Of a stretch of DNA of 64,000 nucleotides, positions 19,740 through 30,946 are shown piece after piece. Position 1 is the stretch's first letter, and the number at the start of each line of letters is the position of its first letter. Where the stretch lies: IMG/VR virus record IMGVR_UViG_3300025765_000001, one strand, 5' to 3'. The DNA comes from a virus. Lineage: Duplodnaviria > Heunggongvirae > Uroviricota > Caudoviricetes. The position numbers and the translations under genes were made by a program. A model generated the notes under the pieces. The model did not search any database. It saw only the letters and a list, made by a program, of their open reading frames with translations, and was not told the origin of the DNA.

Positions 19740-20721
19740 AGGTGTTCCTGAATGCATCAAAGACATTGACAGCCGTGCTGAGCAAGTCTTCCTTCAAACA
19801 CAACTCATCACACAGCAGCATGTTTCTGTAACCAATGTCGTAGAGCCACGCCAAGTCGCTGAAATCGTGGCACTCAGGCACCGGACTCTTGATGACCGAG
19901 AGCAGCAGCCTAGAACCGACGCAAGCTCTGGGGTCTTTGCCGATGATGAGTTTTAGAGTCTGGAGGATTTCATGTGGCTGGTCTACTTCGACGTAGAGAT
20001 CGCCACGAGCGGCTACCAATGTTGTGTTTTTGTTGGGCTTGAATTCATTGGCAACGTAACTCAAACCACGCTTATTCTCGATTTTCAAAAGTAGTTCAGC
20101 ATCCTTGCCAATGTAACCCCTGAATTCATCTACGTCTGGCTGGTTCTCGACGTAGCTTAGATAGAAGTGCTTGAAGCCTGCGTCAACCACCATCTCGATT
20201 TTCTGCAACTCGGTTTCGGTAAATTGAGGCCCCAACACCTTCAAACTCTTGTCACGAATGTGTATGCTTTCCCCAGCCCTGACTCTGAACGTAGGCCCGC
20301 CACGAAAGATCAGGTAGTTTTTGTCTTTCACGGTTTCGAGTAGGGCATGGTCGGCACCTGCTTTGAACAACACCATGCAGGGAGTCTCGACCTCAATGGG
20401 GTGATTGAGAGTGAATTCGAGGTTTTTGTCGTTTGGTATGACCTCTGTGATGCGTAGTTGTCTGCCTTTAATGTCGAAATAAAGAGGAACAGGAGCCTCA
20501 GTGGGATCGATGCCCTCTAGTTCCGCCTCTAGTTCCTTGGCATCAATCATTGCACTATTCAGACAAATGCCTTGGAGCCGCTTGTCTTTGGCGAAGCGTG
20601 GATAGTGCAGGAACGAAGGCCACAATGTAACCTGTAGGTTGACTGGTTCCATGACAGGCACCTTTGGAAGAAGCAAGCCGCTGGCTGACGCCAGCGGCTT
20701 GCTGGGTTTTCGGTTAGTCAT
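19732..20721 (-). CDS. Pyruvate kinase-like protein (barrel + B domain, no C-terminal regulatory domain)
   Basis: 'FDIKGRQLR', 'LSYV', 'KIEN..G', 'ARGDL.VE', 'MLL.DE'. The expected R-x-N reads C-L-N. Confidence 0.7.
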   Translation of the reverse strand: MTNRKPSKPLASASGLLLPKVPVMEPVNLQVTLWPSFLHYPRFAKDKRLQGICLNSAMIDAKELEAELEGIDPTEAPVPLYFDIKGRQLRITEVIPNDKNLEFTLNHPIEVETPCMVLFKAGADHALLETVKDKNYLIFRGGPTFRVRAGESIHIRDKSLKVLGPQFTETELQKIEMVVDAGFKHFYLSYVENQPDVDEFRGYIGKDAELLLKIENKRGLSYVANEFKPNKNTTLVAARGDLYVEVDQPHEILQTLKLIIGKDPRACVGSRLLLSVIKSPVPECHDFSDLAWLYDIGYRNMLLCDELCLKEDLLSTAVNVFDAFRNTYV

Positions 20722-21710
20722 CAAGGAGAGAAGAAATGCTCTTAGTGCCCGAATCATCGTCGCTCCCCTTCTTGCTGCGTCTAGTAATCGAGCGACCGGC
20801 AGCCGGGCCAGGGAGCTTCTTCAGGCTTTTGGGATCATGGATGGTATGAAGAGACTTCATGACCACCTTGACCTGTTCTGGCTTCTGTCGGTCTTCGATT
20901 TCCTTTTTGAAGTAGTTCAGCCGTCCCGTCTCTCTGGCGAGGATGCCAAAGATAACGTCAACGACTCGTGCCGCATCGGGCAGGATGGCGATGTGATCTG
21001 CACCCAGATGGGTTTCCCACTGAGCGTAGATGTCCTTATCGCTTTCGCTCCACGTATCTCCGCTGCTGCCATATGGCTTGCGAATCAGGTAGACCGAGTA
21101 GCGAGCTTTGAGTTCATCGAATATCTGTTTGATGTCCATCCGACTTTGAGCATCGTCACCGGTCCACTCTTTGATGTCGTCTTTGTTGAGGTTCTCGTAG
21201 AGACCTTCATCGCCGATGAAAATCAGGATGGGACGAATGGCCTTTGGCATACTGACCTTGTGTGCGTAGTAGTAGGCAGCAAGGTCGTAACCCTCCTTCA
21301 TTCCACCACCCCCGCCGCTCTCGATGATGAGCTTCTGTAGCAAGGGCCTTGCCAGTGACGAACTCTCGAACTTGAAGAGGGTAATGATCTCCAGCCCGAT
21401 TGTCACCCACTGCGGCAAAGCTGATCGCCATGTCCTCGCCCAGATACTCTTTCCCTTCCAGATCGAGGTATGGCAATTTGCTGAAGATGACAGCGGGCCA
21501 CTCGCCCATGCTTCCGGTGACATCGCAAGCGATGACGAGTGGCGATTCACTGTTGGTTTTCAGAGAGGCAGGAACACAGTCCTCCCTCTTGATGCTTTTG
21601 GCAACGGCGTCTTTGTAGCTGCGGCCTACATGGTCATCGTACTTCTTGCGAAGCGATGTGAAATCGTAGCCGGTCCACGGACCCGGATCATAGTCGGCTG
21701 ATTCAGACAT
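20714..21710 (-). pseudogene. vWA (MIDAS) domain protein, frameshifted near 21340
   Basis: 'DVTGSMG' and 'FAAVGD' in ORF 21207-21710; 'GGGG..EGY', 'FIGDE' in the frame of ORF 20714-21550. Confidence 0.8.
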
Positions 21711-21915
21711 AGTACACCCCTTCTATTGTTGTCCGTTGATGTGTCTAGAATTCCAAGAACAGCATCCCAATCTTCCGATCTTGGCACTCCAGAGCGAGAA
21801 ACAAAAATGTTCCTCACATTGGATCGTTCCTGTTGAGGATCGATTTCTAGACCCAACGATTTGAGTTTCCTGTTGAGCCTAGTAATGACCTTGTGCGTCC
21901 TTTCCATAATGTCTC

Positions 21916-22888
21916 CTACATTGACGGTAGAGGCTTCATTCCAGATGCAGCCCTACCGAAACTCCTTTGTCGAACTTCCCTGATACCATCACAAAGGTCT
22001 ACTTTTCGCCAGTGCGGTCTACCAGATACCTCGTAGGTGATTAGCGATTTGATGAATTTGCACATTGGTTCTGGCGTATCGCTTGGTACACGTTTCATCT
22101 CTACATCGCCGCCTAAAGCATATATCATTGTGATGCCCAGGCTATAGAAGTCGGACTCTGGTAGCAGAGGCTCGCCACGAATGGCCTCTGGTGCGGCGAA
22201 GACCGGTGTGTACCCTTTACTGGCCGATTTCTTGTTGGGGCGGATGAGCGACAGGCCATAGTCTACCACAACTACTTGATGGCTGTCGCCTTGAATGATG
22301 ATGTTTTGCGGTTTTACGTCGCCGTGGACGATGCCGTGGAAGTGAATGTACTTCAGAGCGTGTAAACAGCGTTCGGTGATCCAGCCGACGTGTTCGGGGT
22401 CCAGGCGTTCGTGCTTGTCGATTATCTGAGTCAGAGTTGGTCCTGGGATATAGGACATGACAAGCACCATGCTTCCGTCATCCATGCGAACGATTTCACG
22501 GATGTTGGGAATGCTATAATGCCTCAAGTCCCACATGGACTTGGCTTCCTCGAACAGAAGTAGCTCATCTTGCGGCGAGACGTAGTGGGTATGTTTGAGA
22601 CATACTGGCGTGCCCAGCATGTCGTGTTCGCCGAGATAGGTGGTCCCGAAGCCGCCTTCGGCAATTTGTTCGGTAGTTGCCGATGATTTTGCCTTTTTTG
22701 ATTGTGCGGTTGTTGTCGTACTCGGCTCGTTTGTCTTTGTCGAATATGACTTCCTTGGCCTCGTTTAAGGCCCGCATCTTGGCACCGTCATCGGAATATA
22801 GTTTTGCCAACGCACGGTAGGCGGCGTGAGCTACTTCTTCAGTGGCATTTGGGGAGATTTCTAGAATTGAATAATAATCTGCTTTCAT
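21916..22888 (-). pseudogene. DnaJ-domain + Hanks-type Ser/Thr kinase fusion, frameshifted near 22670
   Basis: J-domain 'DYYSILEISPNAT...AYRALAK...LNEA'; kinase 'IAEGGFGTTY', 'HGDVKPQN', 'DYG', 'APE', 'SDFYSLG'. Confidence 0.85.
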
Positions 22889-23127
22889 CGCTGTTTCCCT
22901 TACCCTATGAGAACAGCGATTATACTCGAAATGATTATTCTAGCCAACCGTAATCTTCGAGGACTTGGCACTCAACGAAGAGCTTTGGACGTATGATGTA
23001 GGTTTCTGGAACGGTAATGGTTTCGCCGCAGGCCGAACAGTCGAAGTACATGAGACTTCCGGCGTACAGCTTGCTATTGTTGATTGGTGTTTTCCCTGAT
23101 TCTTTGCCTGCCGCTGTTTCAATTGCC

Positions 23128-23571
23128 CTAGGGCGTACTTTTTACCTTTAGTTTTTGCCGCCATCGTTGGAACTCCTCGTATTCTTCTGGAGGTACGACT
23201 ATCGCTGACGTCGATCTATTGACCCACCCTGGAGCATAATAAAGCACCTGGGGTCTGGGCGAGAGAACTAACCCGATGAAGTTGCCTTCAGCACAGTAAT
23301 CGGGCCGATCATCTACCATTATGTCAATTTCGTGTTCTTCACACAACACGGTTTTGCACCGATCCCCGCATTTCGACCAATCGCCAGACAGGATGCGTTC
23401 TGGAGGAATGAAATCCAGGTTGTTCTCTCGGCAGGCAGTAAGTGCGTCCTGTTGGTTCATGTCGGTGATGATATAGACCTCAACGCCTCCAGCGATGAGG
23501 GCACGCATCATCGTGGTCATCTGTTCCGGGTAGCGTGAGATTAGACCGCCTATGTCGAATGCAATCTTCAT
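23128..23571 (-). CDS. HAD-superfamily-like protein
   Basis: 'KIAFDIGG', 'IIT', 'K', 'MVDD'. Confidence 0.55.
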   Translation of the reverse strand: MKIAFDIGGLISRYPEQMTTMMRALIAGGVEVYIITDMNQQDALTACRENNLDFIPPERILSGDWSKCGDRCKTVLCEEHEIDIMVDDRPDYCAEGNFIGLVLSPRPQVLYYAPGWVNRSTSAIVVPPEEYEEFQRWRQKLKVKSTP

Positions 23572-23934
23572 CGTTTTCCAATTGGTAAAAGTGGCAACCA
23601 CAGGTACATGCAAACCACGTCGTCTACACAACGCTTGAAGCCGTGATGCTCGTAAATCTTGGTTGCCGCTATGTTGGCAGCCTCCACCCACAAGAAGATG
23701 GATTTCTTCTTTTTTCTTTTTGCGAGCTTGAGGACCGCCTGCATGAGTTTATCGCCGCACCCCATGCGACGATATCGTTTATAGATCATGAAGTCGGCCG
23801 CCCTTGCCAGCCGGGACTAACCGCACTTTACCCATCCTTATGTTGCCGTAGTAAAATTCGTATATGTCCTTGGTAACACGAGGCGGGTAAGGTGAAGCGG
23901 AGGCGGGAATCAACTTGGGACGCACCAGGGTCAT
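23568..23934 (-). pseudogene. GNAT acetyltransferase with a frameshifted N-terminus
   Basis: 'YRRMGCGDKLM', 'LWVEAANIAATKIYEHHGF'. Confidence 0.65.
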
Positions 23935-24458
23935 TACACCTCCGGTTTGAGATATTCGACAACATCAAAGTCATCGAATTGACAAAGAACAGACCTGGGC
24001 CAGTTCACAACAGGGAACGTGGCCGGGCCGTCTACATCCGTGTATCCCCTTAGTTCACTCGCCAGGATGCGGTCAACACAATTCATTCGCAAGGCCAGCG
24101 TGTAAATACTGGTCCCGCCAATGATGTAGATGCATTCCTTTGGTAAGTGAGCGGACATCTCACAGCAGTCATCGATTGCGTCTTCCATGCTGCTGACGTA
24201 GTGGTGCCCCATCTTTCCGGCCAGCAAGTCCTCAGCACGAGCCTTGGCCGGGTTTCTGGTCACAATCACGTTGAAGCGGCCAGGGAGAGGGCGGAACTTT
24301 TCTGGCAGCGAGAGCCATGTTTTGCGTCCCATGATAACAGGGTACCCAGAAGTTGTTTCTTTGAAATGTTGCAAATCCTCTAGCAAGTGCCAGGGAATCT
24401 TGCCGTCGTGATCGCCGATCACACGCTTTGCATTGTAGGAGACGATGATCGAGATCAT
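23934..24458 (-). CDS. folA: Dihydrofolate reductase
   Basis: 'VIG..GKIPWHL.EDLQHFK', 'IMGRKTW.SLP...RPLPGR.N..VTR', 'IIGG..IY'. Confidence 0.93.
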   Translation of the reverse strand: MISIIVSYNAKRVIGDHDGKIPWHLLEDLQHFKETTSGYPVIMGRKTWLSLPEKFRPLPGRFNVIVTRNPAKARAEDLLAGKMGHHYVSSMEDAIDDCCEMSAHLPKECIYIIGGTSIYTLALRMNCVDRILASELRGYTDVDGPATFPVVNWPRSVLCQFDDFDVVEYLKPEV

Positions 24459-24868
24459 TCTGGTCCCTTTCGGCGGTAGCCCCAAAGAGCCGCCGGAGCG
24501 TTTGGTAGTTCTACTTTGTCAGGCAACGCCAGGATGTCAGTTAGTTTCTGTTTGTAGAGCCAAACAAGAAAAGGTTCGTAGAGTGGACAAACCCAAATCT
24601 TGTGTTTTTCCAAATCCGCAGCAGCGAATCCGCCAGGACGGAAAAACGCACCTTCTCCTGTTTGCAGATCAAGAACCCACAGATGGTCGGGAGACCAGCC
24701 AAGCGTATGTAGAAGGGGTCGGCCTTCGCTAAACTGGCCCTGCATTTTCCATTCGGCTTCACCGAAGCGGATGAGCAGGAACTTCCCCCAATTAGTTCCG
24801 TTTGTAGCTTCGATGAATTTGATAATCATACTTTGTCCGTCAATTGCGGCGACTTTTTCCCAGACCAT
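24455..24868 (-). CDS. Hypothetical protein
   Basis: SD AGGAG before ATG 24868; coupled to folA. Confidence 0.6.
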   Translation of the reverse strand: MVWEKVAAIDGQSMIIKFIEATNGTNWGKFLLIRFGEAEWKMQGQFSEGRPLLHTLGWSPDHLWVLDLQTGEGAFFRPGGFAAADLEKHKIWVCPLYEPFLVWLYKQKLTDILALPDKVELPNAPAALWGYRRKGPE

Positions 24869-24928
24869 TTTAGTCTCCTGCACGCTTAATGTATAGCAGG
24901 AAAAGAACATGGGTATTCTCTTCCTTCA

Positions 24929-25369
24929 CTACGGTCCTCCTTCGCCTCCGATGTCGATGTAGGGATCGTCATGCGGCCAAATCGACTCATCCTTTGCTTC
25001 TTCGACATCTAGCTCAGTGTCTACTTCAAGTGGTGCGAATCTGTGCTTCCGCTCCTCAACATAGCCAAGGAAGCAGATATTATCGTCCGCACGCAGCGAC
25101 TTCTGAAAGACGAAGACGTAGTAATCTATGGCTGTGGCGTGACCAAAAGGGAATTCGTTGGGGCCGAATGTCTGCAACAACCTCTTGTCCATACCCCTAG
25201 ACGAATCGAATAGATCAACCGTCGTTTCTCTGAGAACGAAAACGAAGTTCTTGTGGTCCGTGCAGTCTTCGACCTCAAAGGCGTCCCGCAAGGGCTTCTC
25301 ACCGCTGACATCCTGGGCCTGAAGCTCATTGAAAAGCTCCTGCCTGAACTTGTCGAGTGGACTGGTCAT
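24929..25369 (-). CDS. Hypothetical protein
   Basis: ATGA overlap with the smpB stop. Confidence 0.6.
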   Translation of the reverse strand: MTSPLDKFRQELFNELQAQDVSGEKPLRDAFEVEDCTDHKNFVFVLRETTVDLFDSSRGMDKRLLQTFGPNEFPFGHATAIDYYVFVFQKSLRADDNICFLGYVEERKHRFAPLEVDTELDVEEAKDESIWPHDDPYIDIGGEGGP

Positions 25370-25818
25370 TCTCGCATCTCTCTTTTGGTGTCACGCTCCT
25401 TCATGGCTTGGCGTTTATCATGAAGTTGCTTTCCTTTGCAGACGGCCAACTCGATTTTAGCCTTGCCTTTGCTCAAGTAAAGTTTGAGCGGAACAAGGGT
25501 ATGACCGATCTGCTCGGCTTTCTCCGCAAATTTGCGAATTTCGTTTTTGTGAAGCAGTAGCTTCCTCCTGCGTTTGTGTTCATGGTTGTCGTGGCTGCCG
25601 TGACTGTATTCTTCGATGCTACAGCCTATCAGCCATACTTCCCCGTTCTCCATTTTAGCGTATGAGCCGTCGAGGGATACCTTGTGATCCCGTATGCTTT
25701 TTATTTCGGTGCCCTTCAGAACGATTCCCGTCTCGATGGTATCTAGCACGTAATACTCGTGCCATGCCTTTCGATTTTGGCATATCGTTTTCTCGCTGGG
25801 TTCCTTCCATTGAGTCAT
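25366..25818 (-). CDS. smpB: SsrA-binding protein SmpB
   Basis: 'NRKAWHEY', 'ETGIVLKGTEIKSIR', 'RRRKLLLHKNEI', 'TLVPLKLY', 'KGKQLHDKR'. Confidence 0.96.
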   Translation of the reverse strand: MTQWKEPSEKTICQNRKAWHEYYVLDTIETGIVLKGTEIKSIRDHKVSLDGSYAKMENGEVWLIGCSIEEYSHGSHDNHEHKRRRKLLLHKNEIRKFAEKAEQIGHTLVPLKLYLSKGKAKIELAVCKGKQLHDKRQAMKERDTKREMRE

Positions 25819-27257
25819 GGTTCGGTCTTAATATGCATGATGTACCTTGTCGTCCTCTTTCGTGAAGCTGTAGACCCTCTTTTCTTCCTCGGCCCGCTGG
25901 CTCTACTTCAGTCGAATTCTACTTTCAGATCACCTTCTAGTTTTTTTTTGACTAGGTGATCCTGAAAGCAAAGATCGCCCTGGTGTTCCACCGAGAAGGC
26001 TTCCTCAATTTTCTTGCGAAGATCATCTTGACCAATGACGGCAAATTTACGGCTCATACATCTAGTTCCTCTTCGGCCCAGACCTTGATGATGCGGGTGA
26101 AAGATTCAACGTGGTCCTGGGGCAGAGCAACGTACTGGCCGTTGACGACGGCACACTGCACCATGCAGCCGCCCATGTCGAACTGTACCTCGTGCCAAGT
26201 ATCCTCGTCTTTTCATACTCGAAGTCTACGTCGAAAGGCTCGATTGCCTTGGTGACTTCTTCAGTTTCTTTGTTTAGCCAATCGCTCATAGCATAGCGAC
26301 CCCGATGATGAATATCAATACAGCTTCAAGAAACAGTCTCGCCCCCGGCGTCGGATCGAACCGCATCGGCACGCTCCTTCTTCACTCTCTTTATCCAGAC
26401 GATGATGTAGATATTCCAAATTACCGGAGTAGCAACAATCATGCCTGGAAGGTGGACCGAAGGATCATCGAGTACAGGAATGGTGTAGTCGGCGAGTGGC
26501 AATGTGACCAACGCCTTTGGGATGCAGTATAAGAACAGGCTTGCCCAAATGACCCTACGAAATTAAGTCAGGCTCGTCGCCTCTCGAAATTAGAAGCCGC
26601 CATTGAAGAATACACGATGTTGTGGGCGTCCATCTCAGTAATACCGTGTTCGGCGTTCTGTTGTTTGCAAGTCTCCTCGTCCCAATATCAAGGAGCCTTA
26701 TGCGGGTCCGACTCGCCGCCTCCGGTGGGATAGTACCCGGATACATTCTCGAACACCACACTCACTCGGAATACTTTGGGAGGGCGGCTTGTGTCGCTGG
26801 GATCGGAATGGCACTTGGTCGTACAAAGAGATCACAGACGCAGCATCGGACAGCTTGCATGTCTTACCAGTCATCCTCCAACGCTTGTTTCTCCCAGCGA
26901 GCAATGCCATCGTCATCGGTCTGTTCGCCAGGAGGCGTATAGTTTTCGGCTCAGATCGGTGGTACGCCGTCAATGTAGATGCGTACCACAATCGGTGCAT
27001 CGGGCGTGGTTTTTGGGGTTTGATTGACCACGTTATTCTCCATGCCTCACGCCCGCTAGCCTTTTCTCGATTTCGGCCTTGGCGTATGCTTCTGGATCGG
27101 GCTGCTTGTTGCATTCTTCGTACAATGCGACGGCGGTGCCTTTGGTTTACTCCTCGCCGTCATCTGTTTCGTAGTGAGTGTAGTTGTGAACAGCATATAG
27201 AAGCCGTTCTAGGGTTTCACGGCTCAGGGTCTTCTTCTCTTTCGCCATGATGTTCTC

Positions 27258-28505
27258 TTAGTCTACACGTCCGGTTAGGCCGCTCCACGAGGCCAGTTCG
27301 GTGTTCTTGTGGACTTCGTGCCACACGTCCAAGCTGACAGTGCGATGCTGGCCGGTGCCCCTGCCCCAATCCGGGGCCGGTTCCCCACCCTCTGTCTGCT
27401 GAGAGCTTCGGAAGGAGGGGAACCGGTGGAATACTCGACCCTTCGCATACGTCTTGTCGCCAATCTTTAACAGCTTGGCGACGTGGCGGTTGTTGTTGTC
27501 AGATACGAGAGGCAGAAAACCCATTTCAGCCTGCTCGTTCAGGGCCTTGATCGTGATGCCTAGCTCGTCGGCCAGTTCACGGTCGGTCTTGTATGGGATG
27601 AAGAACCACTCCCCCTGCCGCTTGACATCCTTTCCCTCTTGCTCGGCGAGAACGACCGGCTGAGGCTTCAGACACTCGAATGCGTGCTGGATGCTGGTTG
27701 GCTGCACCGGCAGTTTGGCGACGAAGTAACTCCCCTCATCGAGTGAGCAGAGATAGTAGCTGATCTCCTTCGGGTGTGTCTTGACCCGGTAGCCTCGCTT
27801 CACACGTCGGTCGTTGATGTATTCACGGCGGATGGTGTGGTTTTCCAGTATCACGGCACCCAAGATATGCCAGTGGCCCTCGACATACTGCTCGTGGTGT
27901 TCGGTGCGGTTCTTGATGAACATGCCCTGGCTGGGCGGCGTAAACTTGCTGGACCGCTTGATGCGGTAGCCGACCACCGTGTAGTCACGCTGGCTATGAT
28001 CTTTGTTTGTGGTGTCACGGTAGCGACGGTCGAATTCGGTGTAGTACGCCTGCTCTTCACGGTCGTAGATCAGGTCCGTGCGGCTGTCTTCCTGCCAGAA
28101 CAGGACGTAGGTGAGGCTGTCGGCCCACGATTCCTCGATATTGACACCTTCCAGTTCTTCCGGCAGCGTGCGGTCGTCGGCGGGCTTGAGAATGATTTGG
28201 TCGAACTTGACGCCCGCCGCCTCGACGGAGGCACGAGAGACAGTCGGCCCCTTGCAACAACTTTGTGTGTGGGAGAGATGGCCTGCCGTGGAAACGGAGT
28301 AGCGATCACCGTTTTTGATGAAAGTCGGGACGCCATTGATCCGCCCGATGTAGACAGCGAGCGGCCAATGCGAGCCGTAGCTGTACAAGGTCCGGTTAGA
28401 GCAGTACACGTTGCCCCGTCCGTTGTTGTATTCAACTCGCCCGTCCCGGCGTTTGTTCCCATGACGAGTTGCGAATCGGCTGATGACTTGATCGGTTGTT
28501 GCCAT
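27258..28505 (-). CDS. Hypothetical phage protein (RQGEW motif)
   Basis: 415-codon ORF directly downstream of a promoter; 'YSYGSHWPLA', 'KRQGEWFFIP'. Confidence 0.7.
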   Translation of the reverse strand: MATTDQVISRFATRHGNKRRDGRVEYNNGRGNVYCSNRTLYSYGSHWPLAVYIGRINGVPTFIKNGDRYSVSTAGHLSHTQSCCKGPTVSRASVEAAGVKFDQIILKPADDRTLPEELEGVNIEESWADSLTYVLFWQEDSRTDLIYDREEQAYYTEFDRRYRDTTNKDHSQRDYTVVGYRIKRSSKFTPPSQGMFIKNRTEHHEQYVEGHWHILGAVILENHTIRREYINDRRVKRGYRVKTHPKEISYYLCSLDEGSYFVAKLPVQPTSIQHAFECLKPQPVVLAEQEGKDVKRQGEWFFIPYKTDRELADELGITIKALNEQAEMGFLPLVSDNNNRHVAKLLKIGDKTYAKGRVFHRFPSFRSSQQTEGGEPAPDWGRGTGQHRTVSLDVWHEVHKNTELASWSGLTGRVD

Positions 28506-28550
28506 CGGTTGTTCCCTCGGAATAAGTTTGCGATTTCCCTCAACAGGCCC

Positions 28551-28578
28551 ATTATAGTGCTTGCGAGGCAAATGTAAA
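28551..28578 (-). promoter_or_regulatory. sigma70-type promoter
   Basis: TTTACA-N16-TATAAT. Confidence 0.7.
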
Positions 28579-28791
28579 GTGGCTTTATTTTGGGAGAAAC
28601 TTGATGCCAGGAACGCTGAATTGCTTGGTAAGCTACTTGCCGAACCGACGCAGAGCCGGTGCCATTTGGAAAGCCTTGACAGTCTCAGCGTCTAGCTCGG
28701 CACACATGCCGCCGCCCAAACCAAACTGAAAAGCATCTTTCTCGCCTTTTAACTTGCCGTAGATTTCTGTGTGTTCCATGATTTCGCTCCT

Positions 28792-28836
28792 AAAAAGGAA
28801 GTCACCCCGGCCTTGGGCCGGGGTGACTTTTTTATT
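28792..28836. terminator. Terminator hairpin
   Basis: AAGTCACCCCGGCC-TTG-GGCCGGGGTGACTT flanked by A and T runs. Confidence 0.75.
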
Positions 28837-29678
28837 TCAGATAGTGGAGCGATGACGGCGAGCAGTTGAGTGGCGAGGTTGTTGTGAACGCACGTCATGC
28901 CCAGGTATTTCGTGGGGATCATCATGCCCTGGCCGAAGTTGCGGGTCTTGCCCAGGAGTAATAACCCACGCACTTGATACATGCCCAAAACATATAGCCG
29001 GATCGCCCGCTTTGGGCGGGCGATGGTAGTGGATTTGGAAGTTACTCAGACGCCTCTTCGTTGCTGCCGCCGTTCTCACCACATTGCTTCTTGCCGATAC
29101 TGGCGATGCGTCGGCTGCGGCTGATGATCTCTTTCAGCTTCGGGGAAGCCTACCCGATCAGGTAAATCAGTAGATCGGGATCAAACACACCATCTGCCAG
29201 ACCGTTTCTCATCACAATCTCTACAGACTGCAACTCGTGACGCCAGCGGTTGGGTAAGCCAAACCTCGGAGTCTGGCGAAACTCCTCGCTTTTAGCTATC
29301 AGGATGTTCAGGTCGGGGTTCGGATGAAGATACCACAAGATCGATTGGAAGCGTGGATCGGCCCAGGATGCGACGATCCACGCACCACGACATGCGGAGC
29401 GGAAACGGGTCAAACCCGTTAATCAACCGGAAAAATGTCACGGAGTCCATTTTTTAGCTCCTCTTCGGCCTCGTCGTCCAGAGTCTCTAGTCTACGAGCA
29501 GCGACTTTCTGCTCACGACGGACACGAAAGAACCCGATCTCCCAGGCTCGCATGATGTAGATGTGCCAACCACGAATCCAGCCAACTACAAGGGCGATGG
29601 CTGTTATAACCGCTGCCTCCCATGAGTAAAGGCCAACGATGCAGACCGCACACAACAGGAGGTAGGCAACAACCCATC

Positions 29679-30029
29679 TCACTCAAGTTTCTCCCTGGCC
29701 GTGGCCTCGTCAGTGGAGTAGGTGATGCCATCAGCTACCGCTACTCCCAGCCCAGCGTCTAGCGTCTCCTGCACAAAGGCGGGCAATTTGGCTGCCTCTT
29801 CCGCCGTGACAGGCTCAACAACCAGCTTGTTATCGACCCAGCGTGCTTTGACCATAGCCGCAGTATAGTCACCTTGCCTCTGGTGTAAAGCAGAATTTTT
29901 CTGGTTGTCATCCAAGGCCGGAAAAGTTGGCCTGGATAAATCATGGATGGCTACAAGCTGGCCGAAAACTCCTTCTCGGCTGGCGGTGCGTGGATCAAAC
30001 AGAGCAGCGTGTCGATATTGCAAGACCAC
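29679..30029 (-). CDS. Hypothetical protein
   Basis: Coupled (ATGA-type overlap) to the membrane-protein ORF 29419-29682. Confidence 0.5.
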   Translation of the reverse strand: MVLQYRHAALFDPRTASREGVFGQLVAIHDLSRPTFPALDDNQKNSALHQRQGDYTAAMVKARWVDNKLVVEPVTAEEAAKLPAFVQETLDAGLGVAVADGITYSTDEATAREKLE

Positions 30030-30218
30030 TACAACTTATGGGGCGTAATAATTACTGACTTGTTAATGAATAATTCCCAAGCAACCATCAACACGGACAT
30101 CGCCCTGCCTTACAGCGGAGCGGAGTTAGAGGCTCAGCTAGGATTCCCACTCACTTAACAGTGACAGGGACGTTGGGCTACAATGGATTTGGACAAATCT
30201 TAACCAAGGAGCAAACCC

Positions 30219-30740
30219 ATGAGTAGCCCCGTTCTGCACGTCCCGAACCTGGAGTACCGTCTGGGCGATCTGTTCGCCAATCTGCCCGCCGAAGGCAACG
30301 TCTTCATCCCACACGTCTGCAACGATGTGTATGTCATGGGGTCCGGCTTCGTTGTGCCCCTCAAGCGGCGTTGGCCGGTGGTCGGGCAAATGTACCTGAC
30401 CGATCAACCGAAGTTGGGCCAAGTGCAATTCGTCCAGGTCCACAAGGACGACTACGGCAAGATCGTTGTGGCAAACATGGTCGCCCAGCGAGCCGTTGTC
30501 GCTCCCAACAACCTCAAACCGATCAAGTATCTCGCCCTGGCGAAGTGCATGGATGAAGTAGGGGAGTTGGTCCGGCTCGAAGGAGGCGAGATTCACTGCC
30601 CGCTTTTCGGGGCGGGCCTCGCCGGGGGCAATTGGGATTTCATCGAAGAACTGATCTGCGAACTCTGGGCCTGTCGTGATTTGAAAGTCGTGGTGCATCA
30701 GCTTCCGGGCGAAGCCCTGCGTGAAGCCACCAAAGAATGA
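30219..30740 (+). CDS. Macrodomain protein (Poa1p/TARG1-like ADP-ribose hydrolase)
   Basis: 'GDLF', 'IPHVCN...MGSGF', 'VANMVAQ', 'PLFGAGLAGGNW'; SD AAGGAG. Confidence 0.85.
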   Translation: MSSPVLHVPNLEYRLGDLFANLPAEGNVFIPHVCNDVYVMGSGFVVPLKRRWPVVGQMYLTDQPKLGQVQFVQVHKDDYGKIVVANMVAQRAVVAPNNLKPIKYLALAKCMDEVGELVRLEGGEIHCPLFGAGLAGGNWDFIEELICELWACRDLKVVVHQLPGEALREATKE

Positions 30741-30759
30741 GCTACGATGGTCCAGACAC

Positions 30760-30793
30760 AAACGGCCCGCCGAAAGGCGGGCCGTTTGCTTTT
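30760..30793 (+). terminator. Intrinsic terminator
   Basis: AAACGGCCCGCC-GAAA-GGCGGGCCGTTT. Confidence 0.85.
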
Positions 30794-30946
30794 GGTTAGC
30801 GGACCATCATCATTGACAGACAGAACGAAGGCATACTGCCCTCGCTCCTGTATAGACGAATGCGGACGGTGTAGTTCCCGCTGGTGGTCGGGCGGAAGTT
30901 GACGATAGCTTCTGGTGCCACTGCGGTATCGCTGGCCGCTTCTTCC

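Noticed and set aside
25820-27250. Specific gene calls in this stretch
   Set aside because: It looks like fragments of decayed minus-strand ORFs with several stops; no family could be supported.
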